Source: Lentisphaeria bacterium
GTDB lineage: Bacteria; Verrucomicrobiota; Lentisphaeria; Oligosphaerales; MVZH01
DNA: 44,343 bases
NCBI GenBank assembly: GCA_032251435.1
Contig: JAVVEH010000036.1
Coordinates: 1-44,343 of the forward strand
Direction: 5' to 3'
Shown here piece by piece: positions 1-9,268 of this stretch (within the stretch, counting starts at the first letter, position 1; each line of letters starts with the position of its first letter). A program made the position numbers and the translations under genes. The notes under the pieces are model-generated. The model had not been told where the DNA came from, did no database searches, and worked only from the letters and a program-made list of their open reading frames with translations.

Positions 1-268
1 CCTTTTCCCTTGAAAATACTGACGGACATGGCGGGTGGATGGCGACAGGATGACTATTGACCCATGATGTGCGCGTTTTATGCGCATGACTGTGCGTAAA
101 ATGTCTGAAGACGCTTTTTTAGCACTATGTTTAGGGCCTTAAAAAAAGCCATAACCTATTTTTAATAATTTGGTTATATGATTTACCATTCATTTGGCAT
201 CTCTTTGGCTAATGTGTTGCCGATGCCGCGGTGGCATCCGTAACCGGAAAAAACTAAGGAGTTTTCAC

Positions 269-715
269 ATGAAAAAAACAATCAGTCTCATCGTCTTTTT
301 ATCCCTTACCGTTCCGCTACTGGTTCCCGCTTCTCAGGGTGCCGAGGTGGATCCGGTGACCAAGGCCAATGTCAGCCGATTCTGGGGAGTCGCCGAGGAT
401 CAGTTGTCCACCAAATACGAGTATGAGCGCGCCGCGCCGCCGATCCGTTCCGCGCCAGTCTCTCTGGCCCGGCAAGCCCCCCGTTCATGCGCGCGGTCAA
501 CCCCCCCCTGCCACTCCCAACCGGCAGTTGTCTACGTGCCCCAGGTTCAATCTCGTCCCGTCGGCGGCCCGAGAATTGAAAACGAGGAAAGCAGTCAAGT
601 GAAAAATAGGCGGAAGACATTGGGTTTCAACATCCTTGGGGATGTGAATCTGTTTAATATCAGCATGGATGAAGAAGCGGAAGACAATAAAGCGGCCATC
701 AAAGGAAAGCTGTGA
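269..715 (+). CDS. secreted hypothetical protein (signal peptide, Pro/Ala-rich)
   Basis: An internal Met of ORF 194..715 is preceded by a strong Shine-Dalgarno (TAAGGAG about 8 nt upstream). The N-terminus MKKTISLIVFLSLTVPLLVPASQGA is a typical Sec signal peptide. No recognisable domain. Confidence 0.6.
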   Translation: MKKTISLIVFLSLTVPLLVPASQGAEVDPVTKANVSRFWGVAEDQLSTKYEYERAAPPIRSAPVSLARQAPRSCARSTPPCHSQPAVVYVPQVQSRPVGGPRIENEESSQVKNRRKTLGFNILGDVNLFNISMDEEAEDNKAAIKGKL

Positions 716-723
716 TCACATCC

Positions 724-3099
724 TCACCGCGCTTGAATCGCTGATGATGGACAGGCGTTCCGGCAGGCGCCGCACCGGATACAAAGGGAATCATCAATGT
801 CATGTTTACGATAAGGGGTCGGCTGAATGGCGCCAGCGGGGCAGACCTGAGCGCACCGTGTGCAGCCAATACACCGGTCACTTATCGTGAAATGAATCAA
901 GTCCCGGCATTTCCCCGCCGGGCAATGTCCCTGAATATGGGCGAGATACTCGTCCTCGAAAAAGGCGAGCGTTGACAACACAGGATTAGGCGCTGTTTTT
1001 CCAAGACCGCAGAGACTGCCGGTTCTCACAATCTCACCCAACCGTTTTAACTCTTCCACATCTCCGGGTCGGCCTTTTCCCGCGCACAGGCGCTCCAAAA
1101 TAGCCAGCATCTCCCAGGTCCCAATGCGGCAGCAGGTGCATTTTCCACACGACTCATCTTGAATAAATGTCATGAAATAGCGCGCCACATCCACCATGCA
1201 GTCGGTATTATCCAGCACCACCATTCCCCCGGATCCCATCATCGCCCCGACATGATTCAACGCGGTGTAATCCACCGGTGTGTCCAGCAGCGCCGCGGGC
1301 ACGCATCCCCCGGACGGCCCGCCGACTTGAACCGCCTTGAGAGTCCGCCCCGGTTCCACGCCGCCGCCAATATCATTGACAATTTGGCGGATGGTCATGC
1401 CCATCGGCACCTCGATCAGGCCGCCCCGGCGGACCTTTCCCGCCAAAGCGAAGGTTTTCGTGCCTCGACTGTCAGCAGTGCCCCAAGCGGCGAACGCGGC
1501 CGCTCCATGCTGAATAATCCATGGAATAACCGAGAACGTCTCCACATTGTTAACCAAAGTGGGCTGTCCGCGCAACCCGCGCTGGGATGGGTAGGGAGGG
1601 CGTAACCGAGGCTCTCCACGCCCGCCTTCCACCGCGGCGATCAGCGCTGTTTCCTCGCCACACACAAACGCCCCCGCCCCCTGGATAACGTTAAGGCGCA
1701 AACGCGCGGATGAGTCACTATTCGAGAAAGTCTCCGTGGTCTCCGCCAGTAAAATCCCGGCTTTTTCACACATGGCAATGGCGGCGCTAAGCCGACGCAC
1801 CGCCAGTGGATATTCCGCCCTGACATACACGAAGCCCTCTTGAATCCCCAGCACCCGAGCGGCGATGGCCATGCCCTCAATCAACCGGAAAGGAAAACTT
1901 TCCACCATCATGCGGTCCATAAACGCGCCCGGATCCCCTTCATCAGCGTTACAAATTAAGACCTTTTCCGCGGAGTCCGCGGCGCGTACCGCCCGCCATT
2001 TTTCAGCCGTCGGGAAGCCAGCGCCCCCCCGTCCCCGCAGGCCGGCGGCGGCCAGCATGTCAATGACATCATCACTGGTGAGTTCGTTCCCGCACTTCGC
2101 CAGGGCCTGGAATCCACCGGCGGCCTGATAGCCCGCCAAATCCAGGTTTCCGGGCTCTCCGGCCCGCGCGGTGGCGATTCGCACTTGCCCTTTGGCGAAC
2201 GCTTCCGTCCCCTCATCCACGGAGGCTGTGAGCGACCGGGCGCGGGCGCGCTCCGCACCGTCATACAGCCTGGACACTCCCCGCCGGGTGAACGCTTTTA
2301 ATTTACGCGACCAGCGCGCGGGTGAGAAATGGGCGAAAAGCACGCCCTCCGCCATCGTCTCGTCCACGCAGCCATACCGAAACCGGCGTTCATCCCCCCG
2401 CGCGGCGATCTCCACCAAGGGTGTCTCAAACGAAATTCCCGTGCAGGCTGTCTCCCGCAATCGCACAGGCAAATCAAACTCCCGGATCACGGTTTGGATC
2501 CGCGCCGCCGTCCGATCCGCGCCGGCCGCCCGGCAACTGGAACAGAGGCAGAGACGGGCCTCACCCTCGATAAGATCATCATCCGAATCAAGGGGGGCTT
2601 CCGCTTCATCCGTCTTCGCGGACTCCAGCAGGAAATCGTCAATGACCCCATCCACATTGGCGGCCGTCACAGGTCCGTAAATGAGATCTCCAATACGCAC
2701 TGCCGGGGCCAGCATGCAGCACCCGAGGCAAGCCACACCCTCGATGGTGAAGCGTCGCTCCGCGTCCGTGTCCTGGTCCGGAGCGATGTTCAGATGGCGT
2801 TTAAACGCCTCGATAAGCTGAGGGGCTCCTTTGACATGGCAGGCCGTGCCGACACAAACACTGATCATGTGCTCGCCGGCCGGTTGGAGACGGAATTGCG
2901 AATAAAATGTCGCCGCGCCGCTTATTTGAGCGGGTGTGTGATCAGACACCTCCGCCAACCGGGTCAACGCCATGACCGGCAGATAACCGAACCGCGCCTG
3001 AATCTCCTGCAGCAATCCGACTAATCCGCCGACAGCCGTGTGGCTGGCGGCCATCTGGTCAACCCATTCAATCACCTTTTCATCCGTCAGGTGGGTCAT
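724..3099 (-). CDS. NuoE/NuoF-like fused flavoprotein (diaphorase subunit of NADH-dependent hydrogenase/formate dehydrogenase type)
   Basis: The 791-aa translation has, in order: an N-terminal NuoE-like thioredoxin-fold 2Fe-2S region (CVGTACHVKGAP...GVACLGCC), a NuoF core (GLRGRGGAGFPT FMN/NAD motif, ESCGKCTCCR 4Fe-4S), and C-terminal 2x[4Fe-4S] ferredoxin motifs (CIGCTRCAQVCP, CIRCGACRNACP). Confidence 0.8.
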   Translation of the reverse strand: MTHLTDEKVIEWVDQMAASHTAVGGLVGLLQEIQARFGYLPVMALTRLAEVSDHTPAQISGAATFYSQFRLQPAGEHMISVCVGTACHVKGAPQLIEAFKRHLNIAPDQDTDAERRFTIEGVACLGCCMLAPAVRIGDLIYGPVTAANVDGVIDDFLLESAKTDEAEAPLDSDDDLIEGEARLCLCSSCRAAGADRTAARIQTVIREFDLPVRLRETACTGISFETPLVEIAARGDERRFRYGCVDETMAEGVLFAHFSPARWSRKLKAFTRRGVSRLYDGAERARARSLTASVDEGTEAFAKGQVRIATARAGEPGNLDLAGYQAAGGFQALAKCGNELTSDDVIDMLAAAGLRGRGGAGFPTAEKWRAVRAADSAEKVLICNADEGDPGAFMDRMMVESFPFRLIEGMAIAARVLGIQEGFVYVRAEYPLAVRRLSAAIAMCEKAGILLAETTETFSNSDSSARLRLNVIQGAGAFVCGEETALIAAVEGGRGEPRLRPPYPSQRGLRGQPTLVNNVETFSVIPWIIQHGAAAFAAWGTADSRGTKTFALAGKVRRGGLIEVPMGMTIRQIVNDIGGGVEPGRTLKAVQVGGPSGGCVPAALLDTPVDYTALNHVGAMMGSGGMVVLDNTDCMVDVARYFMTFIQDESCGKCTCCRIGTWEMLAILERLCAGKGRPGDVEELKRLGEIVRTGSLCGLGKTAPNPVLSTLAFFEDEYLAHIQGHCPAGKCRDLIHFTISDRCIGCTRCAQVCPAGAIQPTPYRKHDIDDSLCIRCGACRNACPSSAIQAR

Positions 3100-3371
3100 G
3101 CGCGGCGCCCGTTGTCCTTTTAGCTTTTCACGCGGTTTTCCGCCCGTCGCCTTGCTCCCCCATCCCGTTCGTGAATATATCCATCGCCACCGGGAATACG
3201 AGCCAGAAAGATCGAAGACGCGGCCAGGGGTTTGGCAGTTCTTTGTCGGCGAGCGCTGGGAATTTAGCGTTCAAAGATTACGTTACTAGTTTCATTTTAC
3301 CTAAATCCCGCCGGAACCGGGAGCGCGAACCGGAGCCCCGGCTGTTTTAATTTAAAGGATGGCGGCATCAC

Positions 3372-4388
3372 ATGAGCGACCTCGCGGAACGATTGGAAAA
3401 CGCCTTGAAAGAGGCCCGGGACCGACTTCACGCGGCCGACACACTGGACGCTGTGGAAACAGTCCGCATTGATTATATCGGTCGGAAAGGGACCCTGCCC
3501 GCCTTGATGAAGGAAATGGGCGGTCTATCGCCGGACGAGCGCCCCTTGGCGGGAAAGACAGCCAATGCCGTGAAACTCGGCATCAATCAGGCCCTCGAGG
3601 AGGCCACCGCCCGGCTGGCGGCCGCGGGCGGCGCCGCTGACACGCTTGACGTGACGCTTCCCGGGCGCCGCCGGGAACTTGGCCACAAACATCCCATCAC
3701 CCAAGTGATGGACGATGCCCTGGCGATTTTTCAGCGTCTGGGGTTTATCGCGGCGGACGGGCCGGATTTAGAAACGACTTATCACAACTTCGACGCCCTG
3801 AACACTCCCGACGATCATCCGTCACGGGATATTCAAGACACCTTCTATCTGCCGGACGGCCGGTTATTGCGGACCCAGACCTCGCCCGTCCAAATCCGTG
3901 TGATGGAAAGTCAGCAACCGCCCATTCGCATTGTCTGTCCCGGACGCTGTTTCCGCCGGGACACGCCGGATGCCACGCACAGTATGAACTTCCACCAGAT
4001 CGAAGGTCTTTACGTGGACAAAAACGTGTCCTTGGCGGATCTTAAAAGCACCTTGACCCATTTCGCCCACGAGCTTCTCGGTCCGGATGTGAAGGTCCGC
4101 TTCCGTCCCCATTTTTTCCCGTTCACCGAACCGAGTATCGAATACGATTTTTCCTGCATCATGTGCAAAGGGAAAGGCTGTAGAATCTGCAAACAGTCCG
4201 GTTGGCTGGAGATCTCCGGCGCCGGCATGGTGGATCCCGCGGTTTTCTCCGCTGTCGGCTACGACCCGGAAAAATGGACGGGATTCGCCTGGGGACTCGG
4301 AGTCGAACGGATCGCCATGATCCGTTACGCGATCAGCGACATTCGTCTTCTTTACGAAAACGACATGCGTTTTTTGAGCCAGTTTTGA
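3372..4388 (+). CDS. pheS: phenylalanine--tRNA ligase alpha subunit
   Basis: 338 aa with class II aaRS motifs (FRRDTPDATHSMNFHQIEG, GLGVERIAM). Immediately followed by pheT. Confidence 0.95.
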   Translation: MSDLAERLENALKEARDRLHAADTLDAVETVRIDYIGRKGTLPALMKEMGGLSPDERPLAGKTANAVKLGINQALEEATARLAAAGGAADTLDVTLPGRRRELGHKHPITQVMDDALAIFQRLGFIAADGPDLETTYHNFDALNTPDDHPSRDIQDTFYLPDGRLLRTQTSPVQIRVMESQQPPIRIVCPGRCFRRDTPDATHSMNFHQIEGLYVDKNVSLADLKSTLTHFAHELLGPDVKVRFRPHFFPFTEPSIEYDFSCIMCKGKGCRICKQSGWLEISGAGMVDPAVFSAVGYDPEKWTGFAWGLGVERIAMIRYAISDIRLLYENDMRFLSQF

Positions 4389-4512
4389 TCCGCGGAGGCG
4401 GGGGTTTGAAGACGGAATAGCGGCATTTCCGTGCCCCATTCCCGCCGCTGAAGAAGCCAATTTATCCGCGTCGGCGCTAAAGCATCACCTTTAAAAATCT
4501 TTTTTAGACATT

Positions 4513-6912
4513 ATGAAAACATCGCTTAAATGGCTCAGCAACTACATTGATCTGCCCTGGGATGACCGGGGATTGGCGGACAATTTAACCCTCGCCGGTT
4601 TAGAGGTCGAGGGCATTGAAACTGTCGGAGGTGTCCCGGAGGGCGTGGTCGCAGGGAAAATTCTTTCCCGTGATCCCCATCCAAACGCGGATAAACTCAG
4701 TGTTTGCGGCGTGACTGTGGGCGGAGGCGACTCCCTCCAGATTGTCTGCGGTGCGCCCAACTGCGACGCGGGAAAGATTGTTCCTGTCGCCACGATCGGG
4801 ACCGAATTTGAAGGCGGGTTCACAATCAAGAAAACCAACCTGCGGGGTGTGGCCTCCAATGGCATGATGTGCAGCGCCCGGGAACTGGGTCTTGGCGAAG
4901 GGCATGAAGGGCTGTTGGAACTGCCCGCCGACACGCCGGTCGGCAAGTCCGTGGCAACCCTGTTCGAGCCGGATGCGGTCATTGACTGGGAAATCACTCC
5001 TAATCGTCCTGACTGGGCCTCTCATTATGGCATCGCCCGGGAAATCGCCGCCGTCGCGGATTCCGCGGCGGACTTGCGCTTACCCCCCGTTTCACTGTCA
5101 GTTGTCGGTGACGAGGATGTGTCTGATCTGGCGGCCGTGGAGGTTCTCGACCCCGATTTATGCCCGCGTTACACCGCCCGGATCGTGCGCGACGTGATCA
5201 TTGGGCCGAGCCCGGAATGGCTGGCGGAGGCCCTGCGGTCGGTCGGTTTACGCCCGATCAACACGATTGTGGATATCACAAATTATGTGATGCTGGAATG
5301 CGGCCAGCCGCTTCACGCCTTTGATTACGACGCGTTGGGCGGCCACAAAATCATTGTCCGGCGGGCGGAAAAAGATGAGACATTAACCACGCTGGACGGC
5401 AGCGTCTGCGAGCTGACGGAGGACAACCTGGTAATCGCCGACGCTGACCGGGCTGTGGCGCTGGCCGGTGTCATGGGAGGCGCGAACAGTGAAATTTCCA
5501 CGGCAACCACAACCGTTTTACTGGAAGCTGCGGTCTTCAACGCCTCAAATGTGCGGCAAACCGCCCGGACGCATGGTTTCCACACCGATTCCTCCTACCG
5601 GTTTGAGCGGGGTGTCGACATTGACATGACCGACTGGGCGAGCCGCCGCGCCTGCGCGTTGATGTGCGAACACGCGGGAGGGAAAATGGTGAAGGGCGTG
5701 ATTGATGTTTACCCGGCTCCCCGCCGGTCTCCGCGCGTGACCTGCCGCGTCAGCCGCGTCAACCAACTGCTTGGCACCGCGCTGACCGCCGACGTGATCG
5801 CCGGTTTTTTCCGTCGCCTGGGCCTGGAAGTCGTGGAAAACAGCGGCGAGACCGTGACCGTCGCGGTGCCCGCGTTCCGGTTGGATTTGACCCGGGAAGT
5901 GGACTTGATTGAGGAAGTCGCCCGGTTACATGGGTTGAATAACCTGCCCGCGGTTCCCGTGCGGGCTGTGGCGGGTGGATCCCGGGCGCTTGACACCTAT
6001 GACCCGGTAAAAGAAGCCCGGGCTCAATTACTGGCTCTGGGATTATCTGAGGCGATGAATTACAGCCTGACCAGTGTCGAGGACGCGACCCTGCGCACAG
6101 GCGTCCATGAAAACGAGCTAATCAAGCTCAGCAATCCGATCAGCGCTGAAACCGGCGTGATGCGCCCCTCCCTGCTGTCGGGGTTGTTGCGGAATGTGGC
6201 GCATAACATCGCCCATCAGGTCACTGACGTGGCGTTTTTTGAAATTGGCCGAGTGATCATGACCCGTCCCGGGGTTCCCGAAGAGCGGTCACAGGTGGGC
6301 ATCGCCATGACCGGGCGCCGCCATCCTGAACGCTTCGGAACAGAACGGGAAACTCTTTTGGATTTTTATGATTTAAAAGGGATTTTGGAAAGCTGGATTT
6401 CCGCCCGCGGGCTGACCCCTGTCACCGCGGCGGCTGATCATCCGGCCTTCCGGACCGGTGCCTGCGCGGCATTGACTGTGGACGGGGCGGACATCGCGGT
6501 TTACGGGGAAGCCGCCCCTGAATTAACCGTCGGCACACGCCTCACCACCCCGCTGTATATCGCCTTGGTGGAGCTGGACGCGCTATTAGCGGCGGCCGCG
6601 CCGCGCCCGGTGTTCACGCCGTTGCCCCAGTTCCCCGGAACGACCCGGGACATTTCTCTGGTGGCCCCCGCGGCGGTAAGTGGCGGGGACATTATCGACG
6701 CGATCCGCTCGGTGAAAAACCCGCTGCTTGAGGATGTCCGTCTTTTTGATGTGTACGAAGACGCGGCTGTCCTGGGCGAAGGTCGGCGCGGTCTGTCTTA
6801 TTCATTGACCTATCGGGATCCGGCGAAAACGGTGACCGATAAAAAGGTGAATAAGGCGCATGAGTATTTAAAGAAAGCGCTGGCGGAAAAGTTGCCTGTC
6901 GAGTATCGCTAG
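4513..6912 (+). CDS. pheT: phenylalanine--tRNA ligase beta subunit
   Basis: 799 aa. N-terminal tRNA-binding domain (MKTSLKWLSNYIDL...), B3/4, B5 and FDX-ACB-like C-terminus. Conserved pheS-pheT order. Confidence 0.95.
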   Translation: MKTSLKWLSNYIDLPWDDRGLADNLTLAGLEVEGIETVGGVPEGVVAGKILSRDPHPNADKLSVCGVTVGGGDSLQIVCGAPNCDAGKIVPVATIGTEFEGGFTIKKTNLRGVASNGMMCSARELGLGEGHEGLLELPADTPVGKSVATLFEPDAVIDWEITPNRPDWASHYGIAREIAAVADSAADLRLPPVSLSVVGDEDVSDLAAVEVLDPDLCPRYTARIVRDVIIGPSPEWLAEALRSVGLRPINTIVDITNYVMLECGQPLHAFDYDALGGHKIIVRRAEKDETLTTLDGSVCELTEDNLVIADADRAVALAGVMGGANSEISTATTTVLLEAAVFNASNVRQTARTHGFHTDSSYRFERGVDIDMTDWASRRACALMCEHAGGKMVKGVIDVYPAPRRSPRVTCRVSRVNQLLGTALTADVIAGFFRRLGLEVVENSGETVTVAVPAFRLDLTREVDLIEEVARLHGLNNLPAVPVRAVAGGSRALDTYDPVKEARAQLLALGLSEAMNYSLTSVEDATLRTGVHENELIKLSNPISAETGVMRPSLLSGLLRNVAHNIAHQVTDVAFFEIGRVIMTRPGVPEERSQVGIAMTGRRHPERFGTERETLLDFYDLKGILESWISARGLTPVTAAADHPAFRTGACAALTVDGADIAVYGEAAPELTVGTRLTTPLYIALVELDALLAAAAPRPVFTPLPQFPGTTRDISLVAPAAVSGGDIIDAIRSVKNPLLEDVRLFDVYEDAAVLGEGRRGLSYSLTYRDPAKTVTDKKVNKAHEYLKKALAEKLPVEYR

Positions 6913-6922
6913 TCCCGAAGGA

Positions 6923-7088
6923 CGCTAAGTTAAGCCTCGAAAAGCCTTTCGGAAAATCGACCGTCCAACGGTCAACTTCCAACGTCGAATTTAAGAGATT
7001 TTGTGCGAGAAAACGAGCCATTTTGGTTTTCATTAGACGTTGGATGTTGGACGTTGAATATTCGCATTTTTAAACTCTTAGCTTAGCG
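6923..7088. repeat. nested imperfect palindromic element in the pheT-lnt intergenic region
   Basis: The outer arms CGCTAAGTTAAG (6923-6934) and CTTAGCTTAGCG (7077-7088) are inverted complements (11/12). The inner arms CGTCCAACGGTCAACTTCCAACGTC (6962-6986) and GACGTTGGATGTTGGACG (7037-7054) are inverted complements with one bulge. Arms contain CCAACG-type units similar to the 9-bp repeat family at 9131/11021. Confidence 0.5.
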
Positions 7089-7134
7089 CCATTCATCGCC
7101 AGTCCCGGCGGGCGGAATTAACCCTTGGAACCCC

Positions 7135-8865
7135 ATGCCAACGCGAGAAAAAGTTGTTGAACCGGTGGCACCCGGAGATAATGTGGCGTATTTAGCCGGT
7201 CCCCGGCGTCTGATCAGCATGCTCGCCGCCGCCTTGGGAAGCGGGCTGCTGCTAACGGTCGCCTACGCTCCTTTGGAGCTGGATGTGGCCGCTTGGTTCG
7301 CCTTGTGCCCCATCCTTCTGGCCCCGGTCAGCCGCCGCTGGCGGATCCGTATCCTTATCGGCTTGCTGTTCGGCTTCACGCATACTGTGACAAACCTTTT
7401 CTGGCTGAATGAAGTGGGATTTGGCGCCGGCGTGTTACTGGCTGTTTACTGCGCGGTTTTCCCGGCGGCCTGGTACCTGTTCAGCGCGCTTATCACCAAT
7501 CCCCCCTGGGCATTACGACCTCCCCACCACGCGGCTGACACCCTGCGGCCGGCTCAGGCGATTTCCCGCCTGGAGGCGTCTCCTCTGCGCTTAATGATCC
7601 TGACGTTGGAGCTGGCGGCTTTATGGGTCGCCCTGGAGTGGGTCCAAAGCTGGCTGTTTACCGGGTTTCCCTGGAACCAGTTGGCGATCACCCAATGGCG
7701 GCACACACAGTTATTGACGCTGACGCGGTTTACCGGTGTGTACGGGTTGTCGTTTGTCATTGTGGCGGCCAACATCGGTTTAGCGCGGGTGATCGGTGAC
7801 CGGTCCGGGCGCTGGATCAGAGGAGAAAAAACCGGGATTTCCTGGCCAGCCGTGACAGCCGCCGCTGTCATGTGCGTGGCCCTCGGAATCACTTGGCTGG
7901 CGGAATCCCCGCCGGTGCCGGACACCCATTTGAAGATCATCGGCGTTCAGGGACATATTCCCCAGTGCCGGGATTTCACTGAGGAGCAACTGGACGACGC
8001 CCTGACTGTCTACCGCGATCTGACCCTGGCGGCGGCGGGAACCCCTGGTCTGGACTTGGTGGTCTGGCCGGAAAGCGCGGTTCCCGCGGCCCTGCTGTGG
8101 GACTCAAAGGCGGGCGGCGTGTTAAGTGAGGTGCTTTCAGCCTTGGACTGCCCGTTACTGGCGGGAAGTGTGCAGTACGCCCCCGCCACAAACCCGGACG
8201 ATGAGAATGATTTTATCATGTTCAACAGTGCTTTACTCTTTTCCGCTGACGATAAACTCGTGCAGGTTTATCACAAAATTCGCCGTGTTCCCTTTGGTGA
8301 ATACGTTCCCTTTGGCGACTATCTTCCCTGGTTGGTGACAGCGATCGGCATGGGGCGGGACCTGACTCCCGGAAAGGAATTCACGGTGTTCGACCTGGGC
8401 CGGGGAGTCCATGCCGGTGTCAACATCTGCTTTGAGGACGCTTTTCCGGACATCAGCCGTGAATTCACCAAACGGGGGGCGAATTTACTGATCACCGTCA
8501 CCAACGACGCCTGGTACGCGGAGAGCGCGGGCAGCCGCCAGCACATGCTGCACGCGGTTTTCCGCGCGGTTGAGAACGCCCGACCGCTTTTTCGGGCCGG
8601 CAACAACAGTGACACATGCCTGATCACCCCCGACGGGAAAATACATGGCGCGCTGGTGGATCCAGTGACCGGGAATCGCTTTGTGCGCGGATTTCAGTCG
8701 TACAAGGTTCCCGTGGCCACTGAAGCGCCTCTCACCTTTTACACCCGCTATGGCGATGTCTTCGCTAAACTCTGCGCGGCGGCGGCCGCCGTGTCCTTGC
8801 TCCGGCTTCTCGTCCGTTGGCTTACCCGCAAACGGCAGCTTGCCAATCTATTTGCGGCGGACTAG
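7135..8865 (+). CDS. lnt: apolipoprotein N-acyltransferase
   Basis: 576 aa. Multi-TM N-terminal half, then C-terminal CN-hydrolase domain (VWPESAVP, NICFEDAFPD, catalytic-Cys region). Start could be a few codons downstream. Confidence 0.85.
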   Translation: MPTREKVVEPVAPGDNVAYLAGPRRLISMLAAALGSGLLLTVAYAPLELDVAAWFALCPILLAPVSRRWRIRILIGLLFGFTHTVTNLFWLNEVGFGAGVLLAVYCAVFPAAWYLFSALITNPPWALRPPHHAADTLRPAQAISRLEASPLRLMILTLELAALWVALEWVQSWLFTGFPWNQLAITQWRHTQLLTLTRFTGVYGLSFVIVAANIGLARVIGDRSGRWIRGEKTGISWPAVTAAAVMCVALGITWLAESPPVPDTHLKIIGVQGHIPQCRDFTEEQLDDALTVYRDLTLAAAGTPGLDLVVWPESAVPAALLWDSKAGGVLSEVLSALDCPLLAGSVQYAPATNPDDENDFIMFNSALLFSADDKLVQVYHKIRRVPFGEYVPFGDYLPWLVTAIGMGRDLTPGKEFTVFDLGRGVHAGVNICFEDAFPDISREFTKRGANLLITVTNDAWYAESAGSRQHMLHAVFRAVENARPLFRAGNNSDTCLITPDGKIHGALVDPVTGNRFVRGFQSYKVPVATEAPLTFYTRYGDVFAKLCAAAAAVSLLRLLVRWLTRKRQLANLFAAD

Positions 8866-8953
8866 TGCCTTGGCCAAATCGGTATCGGTATCACAATCTG
8901 ACGATTTCTTCGTCTCCGCCGCAACCCCGTCAGGGTTGACAGGTCATTGGTTG

Positions 8954-9186
8954 CATGATCCCAGGGTTGAGGCAACCCCGGGCTACATGACATAACGCCC
9001 TTGGCGTAAAACTTGGACCGATTTCTGTCTGTCCGCCTTTATCCCGCCGCAGGCTGGGGAAGACATGACGCCCGGGTCGGGCGGCTCCAACGACCCCGCG
9101 ACGACTGATGCCTGCGGGGCGCGCAAGGCGCTTCAACGACTTCCACGACTTCAACGACTTCCAACGATTTCAACGACTTCAAACGC
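8954..9186. repeat. direct repeat copy A flanking the ATPase islet (hairpin head + conserved about 150 bp + 9-bp tandem array)
   Basis: CATGATCCCAGGGTTGAGGCAACCCCGGGCTACATGACATAACGCCCTTGGCGTAAAACTTGGACCGATTTCTGTCTGTCCGCCTTTATCCCGCCGCAGGC...GGCTCCAACGACCCCGC is nearly identical to 10846-11000. It ends in about 6 units of CTTCAACGA-type 9-mers (9131-9186). Confidence 0.75.
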
Positions 9187-9268
9187 TTTTTCAGATTGAT
9201 AAATTCTTAAAATACTGTATTTTAGGAATTAGACTGTCTTAAATATCAGTTTTTAACGAGGTCTCATC

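Noticed and set aside
194-268. Upstream extension of the first CDS (MASLWLMCCRCRGG...)
   Set aside because: The internal Met at 269 has a strong Shine-Dalgarno and begins a canonical signal peptide. The extension is Cys/Arg-rich junk.
3290-3371. pheS transcription attenuator with Phe-rich leader peptide
   Set aside because: Short GC palindromes and a T-run are present (CCGGAGCCCCGGCTGTTTT), but I could not find a short upstream ORF enriched in Phe codons. The stem is only about 4 bp.
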